Below, piece by piece: positions 9,176 to 18,318 of a DNA stretch of 64,000 nt. The position numbers were made by a program, and so were the translations under genes. Where the stretch lies: assembly GCA_964507995.1 (NCBI GenBank), contig CAZDTD010000001.1, forward strand, positions 1,348 through 65,347, read 5' to 3'. Below the pieces are notes generated by a model. That model had not been told where the DNA came from, did not search any database, and worked only from the letters and a program-made list of their open reading frames with translations. The first letter of the stretch is position 1. Each line of letters opens with the position of its first letter. The DNA comes from an uncultured Pirellulales bacterium. GTDB lineage: Bacteria; Planctomycetota; Phycisphaerae; Sedimentisphaerales; Anaerobacaceae.

Positions 9176-9403
9176 AGCCCGCAGAAGCTAACGGACTGTG
9201 GGTTGGCAGGCAAGCGCTTTCGTTCGGTCATGACGCAACTCAAGGTGATGACGATACTTACGCTCGGATAATATTTGCACCCTACGACATTTTTCGGGAT
9301 AGGCATTTACGCCTGTCCTTCTTCATTTGGTCGGACGCGTCTTTTCAGCCTGCACCTGTCGGCTCTGTCTTGCGGCGGATCGTCCATCGCATCGCGGGAA
9401 TCC

Positions 9404-11257
9404 TCATTCCAGAACGGAATGGGGCAGCCACACGGACGTGAGAGGAGGTGGATAACGGCATGCCAGGATCTTCTCCAGTCGGTCGAGGTCGATCCCGATC
9501 CGCTGGCAGACTTGCTGGAATCTGCCGCTGCCGCGCCTCTGGGACAGCAGTGCCCAAAGCAGGTGATGTTCCTCGACAGACGCCGCGCCGGCCATCGACG
9601 CAATCTGCCGGGCGCTCTGCTGGCAATCGCTGTACCCTTGTGTAACGGACGGCTTGCCGGAGAAAGACCTGGCTTGGACCATGCCGGCGATTCTGTCACG
9701 AAGATCATCCCGACTCCAGCCCGCCTGCTCGAACGACCAGGACAAGACCTCTCCCCCGGCGACAATGCAGCCATAGAAGAGGAACAGGGTCTCAATCAGT
9801 TCGCATCTCTTGTTCCTGGCTAGTTGCTCCGCGGCCAGAAAGGCCTGTTTGACCACGGGCGTCAACGGACTACTCATGGGTGTGATCGGACCGTACGGGG
9901 GACGCGCCGCGCCGACATCGATCGCACAGACTTGCGGCTCGCCCAGCAACTGCGCCTCAGCGGACCACATCGCCTGGGCGAAACTGAGTCGGGTTTGGCG
10001 CTGCCCCGGTCCCTCGACGAAAGCGGTGCATTCGACGAGAAGGAGGCTGCCTGTCTGTATCTGACGGCGTAGAAACTCCCGATCGCGGATCACCATGCGA
10101 CCTGTGGGCAGAGCTCCTGTCCAACAGCCTGCGAACGCGTGGCGAGGAGATTCATCCACCCCGCCGGTCAAGACGATCAGCGGCAACAAGCCGGCGTTTT
10201 CGAGACAACCGGCCATGAGCAGAGCCAGGTCGACGCAGGTCGCCTCGCCCTCTGGCTTGACGGCGGCCATCGACAGGATGCGGTGTACAGGCTTGATGTT
10301 CTGGAAGATCTGTTTGCCTTCGGGGGGACACCAGCGCAGCGCGCAATCGTCCTTCAGGTACTCGTAGATCGCGCGAAAAGCCAGTTCGGTCGCATCCTTG
10401 CCTCCGGAACGAACCAGGGCCTTCAACGAGGGGAAGCTGGTTTGCGCCCCGATGCGTTCGTGTGCCCTGCGTGCAATGTCCTCGACGGTCGCGTGGTCGG
10501 GCGACACGAATGCGGCCAGCGTCTTGAGGGCGGAATCTTCATACGACCAGGACCAGCCCGGAAGGATAGCGATCTCCCGCGAGACACTCACGCTTGGCTT
10601 CTCATGGACCCGAATGCTCAGTTCCCCACGACCGGGCGAGGAGCAGGCCTCCAGTCGATCTGCGTCCAGACGCATCCAGACGGTCCTCAGCAACACAGTC
10701 GCTCTCGCATCCATCTCGGGAACGTCAAGGAGGACCGGGTCGCCGTAAGCCTTGATGAGTAACTCCAGTCGCCAGGAGGGGGACCGCCGTGCCGTGAGAT
10801 TGTATGCCCGCAGAGGACCAACGACAGGCAGGCCGCAGTGATAGGCAGCATAGTTGATGGCCTTCGCATGCGGCCCGGAAACGAGAACGCCATCCGACTG
10901 GATCAGCAGCCAAGTCTTTGGCACAATCGTCCAGATGGTGTCGCCCGACTGGACAGGGGTGCCTGGCACAAACTCCCTGGGGCTTCCTTTCTGGATGAGC
11001 CCGCCAGCGAGGTGGGTGCCGTGTTTGCTCGACAGATCTTCGATGTGCCACGTTCCGTTCGCCCGCCAGAGACGGCAGTGCCGACGACTGACCCGCAGAT
11101 CGGGATTGAGGTCAAGAGCCGGCGCCTGGCTCGGGTCCTCCACGTCGCAACGGCCTACGACGATCTCGTCGTCAGGGAGTGTGCAGACATGGCCCTCCCG
11201 CCCATGGGGACTGGCCAGGATGATGCCCTGAGTTCCACTGTTGTCTCTGTTGCGCAT
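9404..11257 (-). CDS. FHA domain / transglutaminase-like (putative Cys-His fold) / double Clp_N-repeat fusion protein
   Basis: - FHA: 'VVGRCDV...RVSRRHCRLWRANGTWHIEDLSSKHGTHLAG'.
- Transglutaminase-like: 'GEATCVDLALLMAGCLENAGLLPLIV' (Cys block), 'RHAFAGCW' (His block), 'LLLVECTAF'.
- Clp_N-like repeats at the C-terminus: 'VKQAFLAAEQLARNKRCELIETLFLFYG' and 'ARQIASMAGAASVEEHHLLWALLSQ'.
- ATG preceded by AGGTG. Confidence 0.8.
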   Translation of the reverse strand: MRNRDNSGTQGIILASPHGREGHVCTLPDDEIVVGRCDVEDPSQAPALDLNPDLRVSRRHCRLWRANGTWHIEDLSSKHGTHLAGGLIQKGSPREFVPGTPVQSGDTIWTIVPKTWLLIQSDGVLVSGPHAKAINYAAYHCGLPVVGPLRAYNLTARRSPSWRLELLIKAYGDPVLLDVPEMDARATVLLRTVWMRLDADRLEACSSPGRGELSIRVHEKPSVSVSREIAILPGWSWSYEDSALKTLAAFVSPDHATVEDIARRAHERIGAQTSFPSLKALVRSGGKDATELAFRAIYEYLKDDCALRWCPPEGKQIFQNIKPVHRILSMAAVKPEGEATCVDLALLMAGCLENAGLLPLIVLTGGVDESPRHAFAGCWTGALPTGRMVIRDREFLRRQIQTGSLLLVECTAFVEGPGQRQTRLSFAQAMWSAEAQLLGEPQVCAIDVGAARPPYGPITPMSSPLTPVVKQAFLAAEQLARNKRCELIETLFLFYGCIVAGGEVLSWSFEQAGWSRDDLRDRIAGMVQARSFSGKPSVTQGYSDCQQSARQIASMAGAASVEEHHLLWALLSQRRGSGRFQQVCQRIGIDLDRLEKILACRYPPPLTSVWLPHSVLE

Positions 11258-11314
11258 AGCGATTGCACCTGCGCGCCGAAGCCGTTGTCGTCGGCGACCG
11301 GTTCCAGCAACGCG

Positions 11315-13711
11315 TCAAAACGTTCCACCTCGGTAGCACAGAAAGGCCAGCTTGTCATCCTGGATCGTCACTTCAATAGCAGGCCAGGTAGCCGCAGTGG
11401 ACGAGAGCATCAGGTTCAGGAGCGGAACCTCGATCAATCGTTCCACCGTTCGATAGACTTCCCGCGCGCCGTACTCCTCACTGTATGCCTGACTGGCGAC
11501 GACGTCCGCCACCGATCCCGTGAAGTGGACGGGTTTGTGATACTTGTTCGCGGACATCTGTGAGATTTCATCGAGCCTTCGTCTCAGGATTGTCCGGACG
11601 TCGCGCAAATCGAGGGGACGGAAGGCAATCTGCTCGTCGATACGGTTGAGGAACTCCTTGCGAAACCGTTTCTCCACTGCATCGAACACCAGGCGTCTGG
11701 ACTCCGGAGTGTCTTTATGGCAAAAGCCGAAGTCCCGATCCGCAGGAAGGTTGGAGGTCATAATGAAGATAGCGTGCCGTGCATCCGCTAGGCACCCCTT
11801 GGCGTCTGTGAGCCGGCCTTCGTCAAAGACCTGGAGGAACACGTCCATGATGCGAGGATGCGCCTTCTCGACCTCGTCCAACAGCACGACCGAATAGGGT
11901 CTGCTGCGCAGCCGTCCCGTGAGCTGCCCCTCCGCTTCATGGCCAATATACCCAGGCGGAGACCCGACCAGGCGGGCCACGCTGTGTTCCTCCATGTACT
12001 CCGACATGTCGAGTCGAATCATATCCTGCTCGGACCCAAACAGGAAGGTGGCCAGCAAACGAGCCAACTCGGTCTTGCCCACGCCGGTAGGCCCGAGAAA
12101 CAGGAAGACACCCAGCGGACCTCGCCTTTCATTGAACCCGGTCTGTGCCAGCAACAGACGTTGACAGACACGATCGATGGCGCTGTCCTGTCCGATGATT
12201 CGGCTCTTGAGGAACTGGGCCATTTCCAGGAATCGGGAACGGCTCATCCCCTGCGTGTGTCGGAGCAGTACCTCAGCAGGGACCCCGAGCTTCTCGGCCA
12301 GCACCTGCGCGATGGACTCCACGGTGACTTCTCCCACCGGCGGCCCCAGTTCGGCGAGCACCGGTTCCTCATGGGAATCGTCGGGATTCCAGCGAACACT
12401 GAGGGTCGGAATCTGCATCTGCGCCCCGGCAGCGTCGAGTAGATCGATGGCCTTGTCGGGCAAGCGGTGATCGCAGTCGAATCGCACAGACAGATCGACC
12501 GCGGCCTCCAGGACAGCGTCGCTGAACGTGACTCCGTGGTGCTCCTGGAGCATGTCGCGCAGGCCGTGGAGGATCGCCAGCGTCTCATCGCGGCTGGGCT
12601 CCGTCACCAGAACCTTGGCGAACCGTCGCTCCAGAGCGGAATCTGCTTCTATATGCCGTCGGTACTCGTGGGTGGTCGTGGCACCGATGCACCGCACATC
12701 GCCGCGCGCCAGCGCGGGCTTGAGAATATTCGCAGCGTCCAGGCCTCCTTCTGCGTTGCCGGCGCCCACCACGGTGTGCAACTCGTCGAGGAACAACAGC
12801 ACCTCCGGGTGTGCACGGCACTCATCGAGCAGGCCGCAGAGTCGCTGTTCGAAGTCGCCTCGGTACTTGGCTCCGGCTACCAGGGAGCCCATGTTCAGCG
12901 CAACGATGCGCTTGCCGCCCAACACCTCCGGATTCTTGCCCTGCACGGCCCGCAGCGCCAGCGCTTCGACGATGGCGGTCTTGCCCACCCCTGCCTCTCC
13001 CACGAGCACCGGGTTGTTCTTCGACTGCCGAGCCAGGGTGCGCAACACCTGAAGAATCTCGTTCCGCCGGCCGATGACCGGCCTGAGGCGCCCTGCCTGC
13101 GCTTGGGCGGTCAAATCGATCCCAAGAGCGTCCAGGAACGGGGTCTGCGACTTGGTTTTGGCTTGGTCGGCTGCAGCGGCGTTGCGATCGTGCTGGCGCG
13201 ATCTTCGACTCTCCAGATACTCCCTGGTCATGCGAGCCAGCGTAGGGAGATCCACTCTCCTTTCCGCCAGGAGCTGGCACCCAATCGAGTCCTCCTCCTG
13301 AAGAATCGCCAGGAACAGATGGCCGCAGTGGAGCTCGTTTGCTCCCATCTGTGCCGCGATGGCCTCCATCCGACTGAAGAGCTGGCGCGATCGTGGGGAA
13401 CGATGGATATCGTCCCCTTCTCGGTGTTCGTAGGTGCCCAGCCCCAGGCGGTCGCGCAGGTCCCGGCGGAAGCGGTCCGGATCGAGGTGAACGGCTTCGA
13501 GAATGTCCGGAACGAGCGATAGCTCGGACCGCACGTCGGCCGGGTCGGTCCCCTGCAGGGTCATGTTCTTGGCCAATCCGGCCAGCGAGACCTGCTTCAG
13601 TTTCGTCAGCGCCGCGAGAAAATGCTCCGGCTCCACCTTCTCTCTCTTCGCGTAGGGAGCTTCCAAGCAAGCCAATTGCCAGGTGAGGTTGAGGGCCAGC
13701 GATAACTGCAC
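11315..13711 (-). CDS. ClpA-like Hsp100 double-AAA+ unfoldase without a ClpB M-domain
   Basis: - Clp_N at the N-terminus.
- D1 Walker A 'GEAGVGKTAIVEAL', Walker B 'LLFLDELH'.
- D2 Walker A 'GPTGVGKTELARLL', Walker B 'VVLLDEVEKAH'.
- Only ~25 aa lie where ClpB has its coiled coil.
- 'DFGFCHKD' sits where, as I recall, E. coli ClpA has its 'SIGLIHQD' ClpP-docking loop.
- GTG start preceded by AAGGAG. Confidence 0.92.
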   Translation of the reverse strand: MQLSLALNLTWQLACLEAPYAKREKVEPEHFLAALTKLKQVSLAGLAKNMTLQGTDPADVRSELSLVPDILEAVHLDPDRFRRDLRDRLGLGTYEHREGDDIHRSPRSRQLFSRMEAIAAQMGANELHCGHLFLAILQEEDSIGCQLLAERRVDLPTLARMTREYLESRRSRQHDRNAAAADQAKTKSQTPFLDALGIDLTAQAQAGRLRPVIGRRNEILQVLRTLARQSKNNPVLVGEAGVGKTAIVEALALRAVQGKNPEVLGGKRIVALNMGSLVAGAKYRGDFEQRLCGLLDECRAHPEVLLFLDELHTVVGAGNAEGGLDAANILKPALARGDVRCIGATTTHEYRRHIEADSALERRFAKVLVTEPSRDETLAILHGLRDMLQEHHGVTFSDAVLEAAVDLSVRFDCDHRLPDKAIDLLDAAGAQMQIPTLSVRWNPDDSHEEPVLAELGPPVGEVTVESIAQVLAEKLGVPAEVLLRHTQGMSRSRFLEMAQFLKSRIIGQDSAIDRVCQRLLLAQTGFNERRGPLGVFLFLGPTGVGKTELARLLATFLFGSEQDMIRLDMSEYMEEHSVARLVGSPPGYIGHEAEGQLTGRLRSRPYSVVLLDEVEKAHPRIMDVFLQVFDEGRLTDAKGCLADARHAIFIMTSNLPADRDFGFCHKDTPESRRLVFDAVEKRFRKEFLNRIDEQIAFRPLDLRDVRTILRRRLDEISQMSANKYHKPVHFTGSVADVVASQAYSEEYGAREVYRTVERLIEVPLLNLMLSSTAATWPAIEVTIQDDKLAFLCYRGGTF

Positions 13712-13811
13712 CGCGATTTCTCCTTGTCAAGGCGCCGCTGCGGGACGAGAGGCACGAGGATTGTCGCGGAGTCTGCCATCGGGCTCCAGGCACCAGCTCC
13801 GCGTGCATCGG

Positions 13812-14618
13812 TCAGCCATGCCGATGAATCGGTCCAAGCCGCAACGCATAAAGCCCCGCCGGGACGTCCTGAAACTCAGCCACTACGTATTCGTCTTCCC
13901 CCACAGACTCGAACTCCGCCGCCAGAACCTTCCCGTCGGGACGGTGTGGCAGCAACAAAGCCAGCGCCGGCGGCTCCTGTCCCTCTTCGGGCCAAAACTT
14001 GACCCACATCCGACCTCGGCCGTCCACCGCAGTCTGTAGCATTTGACGGCCCCCGTGCCATACATCCGAGCTGGCCGACTGAGGCCGCCGTGCGTCAATT
14101 TCGACCGCGGCCACGAGCTCAGCGACCGCTTCAGCATCACGGTCTTCTGATAAGAACAGGCTGCTCTTCTCCAGATGCTCCTGCAACGCTTTCTGCTCCT
14201 CCGGCGTACCCACGCCGACATAGGCGGGATGAAGCTTGAACTGCCAATCGGCAGGCAGAACCCCGTGCGCGAGGGACGCAACGTCGTGACTTTGATCGAT
14301 CAGCACTTTGAGACTGACCTCGATTTCCTCCTGCAACGCTTGTAGCCACTGGCCAACCCTGGCTGCGAGAGAGGGTTTTGCCTCGGCCACCTCGTGCAGA
14401 CTCCTGACCAATTGCGACTGCCGGCATAGGCGTCCGTGTTCTGCCGCAGTCCAGGAGTTCCACACCGTGGTGAAACCCTTTCGCAGATAGCGCAGCGCCT
14501 GGACGCGCTGCGCGCACGCGGGACAATCCGCCAGATGCAGGTCGGTCGTCAGTTGCTCCTGATCGGAGACGCGGTCAGCAACGTATCGCAGCAATATGCT
14601 TTCGTCAGGGTGTTGCAT
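13812..14618 (-). CDS. Putative anti-sigma factor (zf-HC2), soluble, with no TM segment seen
   Basis: 'LHLADCPACAQ' matches the Hx3Cx2C anti-sigma zinc motif. It lies immediately downstream of the sigma-like gene. I prefer the ATG at 14618 ('MQHPDESILLRYV', preceded by GGGGAA), because the longer ORF to 14759 would overlap the sigma gene by 110 nt. Confidence 0.7.
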   Translation of the reverse strand: MQHPDESILLRYVADRVSDQEQLTTDLHLADCPACAQRVQALRYLRKGFTTVWNSWTAAEHGRLCRQSQLVRSLHEVAEAKPSLAARVGQWLQALQEEIEVSLKVLIDQSHDVASLAHGVLPADWQFKLHPAYVGVGTPEEQKALQEHLEKSSLFLSEDRDAEAVAELVAAVEIDARRPQSASSDVWHGGRQMLQTAVDGRGRMWVKFWPEEGQEPPALALLLPHRPDGKVLAAEFESVGEDEYVVAEFQDVPAGLYALRLGPIHRHG

Positions 14619-14649
14619 AACTTGTTTCCCCAGCAGCGACCAAGACCGG

Positions 14650-15717
14650 TCACCGAACACCGCAGGCAACGGATTGCTTCTTGCGATCCGCGCACGGCGA
14701 CACAGAATGCAGCTTGCATCGACCGCAGGTTCGCGCATCGATGGGCCAGCCGCCGCCATCGTGAGTCAGCGATCCCATGGCTTCGTCCATTTCACCTTCA
14801 TTCATATTGACATCGACAGGAAGGCCCAGGACATGGCGGACCTTCTGTTCCACCCGCACGCACCAATAGCTGATCGGATGCGTTGACTTCCCCTGGTTCT
14901 CCGCTTGCTTCTTGGGGTAGTAATCCCGAAGACACGTAGAGTCTGTGGTATTGTCTTTCAGGTCAAACATCTGATCCGGCAGAGGGCGAATGAGAACGCC
15001 GACGGTGAGCGCGAGTCGGATTCGGGCTGGCTCCATGTGTCGACGGAGATCCTCGGTCTCAGAGAGCCGAGCCAGGCCCGATATGGCCCCGTAACGGGTC
15101 CAGCATTCCTCAATCAGGACGCCCAGCCGCTCGGCGCCATATTGTTTGTCGACACGTTGGGGAGATCCTTCCGCCCCCCGCGTGCTTTCTCCTCCGTGGA
15201 CCAACTTGGCTAATGTGAACGCGATCTGTTCATGGGGATACCCTCCACACTGCCAGAACAGCCGGAACAGCTCGCTGAAAGCGGCTGCTCGCAGGCGGAT
15301 ATCGTCTCCAGACAATGGTTCGGCTTCGGATACCACCTCCACGTCGGAGTCGCCTTCCTCGCCCTCGAGCACTCCGAAGGTCGGGTGTAATCTGCCCTGC
15401 CTTCCCCACCAATCCTTGACCTTGTACTGCGCGACGAAGTTGAGCATCCATGTGTAGAAAGTGCCTTTCTTCGGGTCGTATCCACCCGCTTCGCGAGGTT
15501 TCAGAATGGCCTGCCAGACCCCCAACCACACCTCCTGGGCAACGTCATCGCAGTCGGGTCCTCTTCTGATGCCACAACCTCGCAGGTACCCCTGGAGGCT
15601 CGTCTGGTAGCGTTCGCGGAGCTGGGGAAAAGCATCTGGATCGCCTCGGCGGACCGCTTCTACAAGCTCATGATCGCTAATTCCATCCACGGGAATCCTC
15701 GCTCTATCGATGTTCAT
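14650..15717 (-). CDS. Sigma-70 family (ECF-like) sigma factor with a long atypical Cys-rich C-terminal region
   Basis: The region-2-like block is 'DCDDVAQEVWLGVWQAI...FYTWMLNFVAQYKVKDWW'. A canonical region 4 is not obvious. The C-terminus carries 'CGRCKLHSVSPCADRKKQSVAC'. 355 aa is long for an ECF sigma. Confidence 0.6.
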   Translation of the reverse strand: MNIDRARIPVDGISDHELVEAVRRGDPDAFPQLRERYQTSLQGYLRGCGIRRGPDCDDVAQEVWLGVWQAILKPREAGGYDPKKGTFYTWMLNFVAQYKVKDWWGRQGRLHPTFGVLEGEEGDSDVEVVSEAEPLSGDDIRLRAAAFSELFRLFWQCGGYPHEQIAFTLAKLVHGGESTRGAEGSPQRVDKQYGAERLGVLIEECWTRYGAISGLARLSETEDLRRHMEPARIRLALTVGVLIRPLPDQMFDLKDNTTDSTCLRDYYPKKQAENQGKSTHPISYWCVRVEQKVRHVLGLPVDVNMNEGEMDEAMGSLTHDGGGWPIDARTCGRCKLHSVSPCADRKKQSVACGVR

Positions 15718-16121
15718 CTTCCCACACGGCTACACGGAATCTCACGGTCTTATGCAATACGGCGTCCATTATAGTACCCGCTATGTCGCCGGAGAAGCGA
15801 ATTCCCCCGCCGGCTCAGGAAGTTGCCCTCGCCCGGTCCACATGGGTAGCCTATCGTGTTTGTCTGCGCCCCGCCCTTTGGGGGAGCGCTGTTTGTCCAG
15901 ATCCTCATCGGCCGGGTCCGTCTGAGTTTCATACGACGGTTCGCAGGAGTTCTCACTGGCAGAGGAAATCCCGTGGAGCATTTTGCTGTAGATCGGGCCG
16001 CGACAGGCCTGGGGGTATCCACCGCGTTGGCCATGCCCGTGATCGCAAGGTCCTCGAAAACGCAAGAAAACAGTGTGTTTGCCACGATAAGGTCGTTTTG
16101 AGCCTGTACGTAGGATGACAC

Positions 16122-16139
16122 CGCCAGCACGTGCTGGCG
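16122..16139. promoter_or_regulatory. 18-bp perfect palindrome CGCCAGCACGTGCTGGCG, 39 nt upstream of the first gene of block B
   Basis: Verified base by base (16122 pairs with 16139, and so on to 16130 with 16131). It lies in the 460-bp divergent intergenic region between the sigma gene and the plus-strand operon. Confidence 0.4.
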
Positions 16140-16177
16140 CCGCTTGGAGCCGCCGGATCATTTGAAAGGTAGCGACC

Positions 16178-17209
16178 ATGAGAACGAAAATCGCAGTATT
16201 CGAGGCCGTCGTACTCGGTTTGTTTGCCTCGACTGTCTTGGCCGGGGAGCAAGAACCGATCGATTTGCGTCTGAAATGGCAGCCCGGCCAGACCCTGCGG
16301 TACAAGCTGGACCTCGATGCCAGCACGTACATCGAGGGGCAGAGCATGCGAATGGCTTTGCAGACCCAGGTGGATGTGCGTGTCGTGGCAACCGCCAAGG
16401 CTTCGGACGCCAAGGCCTGGAAGGACCGCAACGATCCGGATGGCAACGATCTGAGCAAGGCGATCTCCTCGGGCGAAGAGGTCATGACGCTGGAACTGAC
16501 CCAGCAGCCGGTCGTAACCACGATCTCCATGCAAGGGCAGCGGCTCGTCATGACGGTGAGCGGGGATGATGTGACCGCATCCATAAATGGCAAGACGCTG
16601 GGCTGGAGCGAATTGGCTCAGCTCCGTAACGACGTTGCCCCGCTGCAGAAGGCTCTCAAGGCGCCGGTGCAACTGACGATGACCAGAACCGGCAAAGTCG
16701 TGCGGGTCTCCGGGCTCGAGGGACTCGACCCTGAGACGAAGAAGCAGCTGGCGATGAGTTACTTCGACTCGTTTCAGCTTCCGGAGACTCCCATGAAGGT
16801 CGGCGAGCAGTTCCTCAACACACGACAGCTCGATTCGCTGCTGCCGACTCAGCCGAACGCGTCTTCCGCTTCCACGCCCGGCACGTTGGATATCGTCAGC
16901 ACGCTGAAGGTGGTGACCAAGGACGCGCAGGGCCGCCGTGTTGCGGAAATCCACACGCCGCTGAAGCACCGGTTCGAGCGCGTGCCTCTCGACGAGGATG
17001 GGACGATGGGATCGATGGAGCTTGACGTGACGTCCACGACCTCGTTCGAGGTGGATCGAGGCACCATCACGGCGGAAAACACCCGAGGCACCGTCGTCAT
17101 GCATCCGGACCGACGCGCCGGTTTGCCCGACTCGCTCAAGACGAACATCGGCGCGTCCTTCGTGCTCGTGGAAATGACGGAGTCTCGGGAAGTGGCCCGC
17201 GGAATGTAG
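16178..17209 (+). CDS. Secreted protein of unknown function (signal peptide, beta-rich)
   Basis: The N-terminus 'MRTKIAVFEAVVLGLFASTVLAGE' looks like a signal peptide. RBS 'GAAAGG'. No recognisable catalytic motif. Confidence 0.8.
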   Translation: MRTKIAVFEAVVLGLFASTVLAGEQEPIDLRLKWQPGQTLRYKLDLDASTYIEGQSMRMALQTQVDVRVVATAKASDAKAWKDRNDPDGNDLSKAISSGEEVMTLELTQQPVVTTISMQGQRLVMTVSGDDVTASINGKTLGWSELAQLRNDVAPLQKALKAPVQLTMTRTGKVVRVSGLEGLDPETKKQLAMSYFDSFQLPETPMKVGEQFLNTRQLDSLLPTQPNASSASTPGTLDIVSTLKVVTKDAQGRRVAEIHTPLKHRFERVPLDEDGTMGSMELDVTSTTSFEVDRGTITAENTRGTVVMHPDRRAGLPDSLKTNIGASFVLVEMTESREVARGM

Positions 17210-17220
17210 GAGAGACGTCA

Positions 17221-18318
17221 ATGTATCAACATAGAAGAGTTATTGTGATTGGAATTGCGATCCTCCTTTTTGCGATGCTCTGCGCCGCCATTCGTCTGAC
17301 GACGGCGCCGGGAAGCCAGGTCTATGAGATGGTGTTCCATCGCAGTTTCGTGCAGTACCTGTCGCTTTTCACGTTCGTGCTGATTCTCACGCTGCTGGGT
17401 GATCGCGCACGAACCCGCTGGCTGGCAGCCAGACGCCTGCGTCAGATCGCGCGAGCCGAGCAACCGTGGGCGAGTGACCTTGCATTCGGCGAGGATGCCG
17501 ATGCGTTCGGCCAGGAACTCGCCAGAAACGGTCGCAGCGGCGTGCCCGACACCGTCCAGTATCTGGCGGATCTCTGGCGCAACCGAATGCGAGGTGCCTA
17601 CGAGTTCGTCGGATCCCTGGTCTGCCTGCTGCCGGCATTGGGTCTGTTCGGGACCATGCTGGGAATCCACGATGCGCTGTTCGCCTCGTTCGGCCAGGGC
17701 AGCCACGGACCGGAGGCCGTGAACAAGTTCATCGGCTCGTTGGCGGTTGCCCTGGACACCACGGTTCTGGCGCTCGGAGCGGCTCTCATCGCGGGAGCAA
17801 TGTCCTGGATCATGCAGCGGCTGGAAAAGACGCAGATCGAGGAGCGGTCACAATTCGTGCGCCAGGCGTTGGCCGAGCGATTCGCGCTTTCCCTCGTGGA
17901 AGGCGATGCAGGCGCCGCGGACGACAACACGCGTGCGATCCGACCTGCGACGGTTCTGCAATCCGAACTGCGTGTTCTCCTGACTGCTGTATTCGAACAG
18001 GCACTGTCCCGGTTCGACCAGCGGCTGCGCGAGGTGATCGCCTCGAATCGCACGGAACTGGCAACCGTCGTCGCCGACGTCTTCGAACGACAGCATGGAC
18101 ACGAGCAGGCGGTTGTCCAGCGTCTTGCCGACGAGATCCGCAAATCGATGAGTGACATCGAATCGGTCCTGAAGCAGCACAATACCCTTGCGATGAAGCG
18201 ATTCGCGTCCAGCCTCGGGCGTCTGTCCCAGACGATCAGTCGACGTATTCCCGGCGAGCTGGTCATTCGCTACGATGGCAATGGTCATCATGAAGCGGAG
18301 AATGACGATGACATCTAA
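17221..18318 (+). CDS. MotA/TolQ/ExbB-family proton-channel-like protein with ~165-aa helical C-terminal tail (stator A-subunit-like, copy 1)
   Basis: Four hydrophobic helices. 'LPALGLFGTMLGI' and 'LAVALDTTVLALGAALIAG' match the two conserved MotA/ExbB blocks. RBS AGGAG. Confidence 0.8.
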   Translation: MYQHRRVIVIGIAILLFAMLCAAIRLTTAPGSQVYEMVFHRSFVQYLSLFTFVLILTLLGDRARTRWLAARRLRQIARAEQPWASDLAFGEDADAFGQELARNGRSGVPDTVQYLADLWRNRMRGAYEFVGSLVCLLPALGLFGTMLGIHDALFASFGQGSHGPEAVNKFIGSLAVALDTTVLALGAALIAGAMSWIMQRLEKTQIEERSQFVRQALAERFALSLVEGDAGAADDNTRAIRPATVLQSELRVLLTAVFEQALSRFDQRLREVIASNRTELATVVADVFERQHGHEQAVVQRLADEIRKSMSDIESVLKQHNTLAMKRFASSLGRLSQTISRRIPGELVIRYDGNGHHEAENDDDI

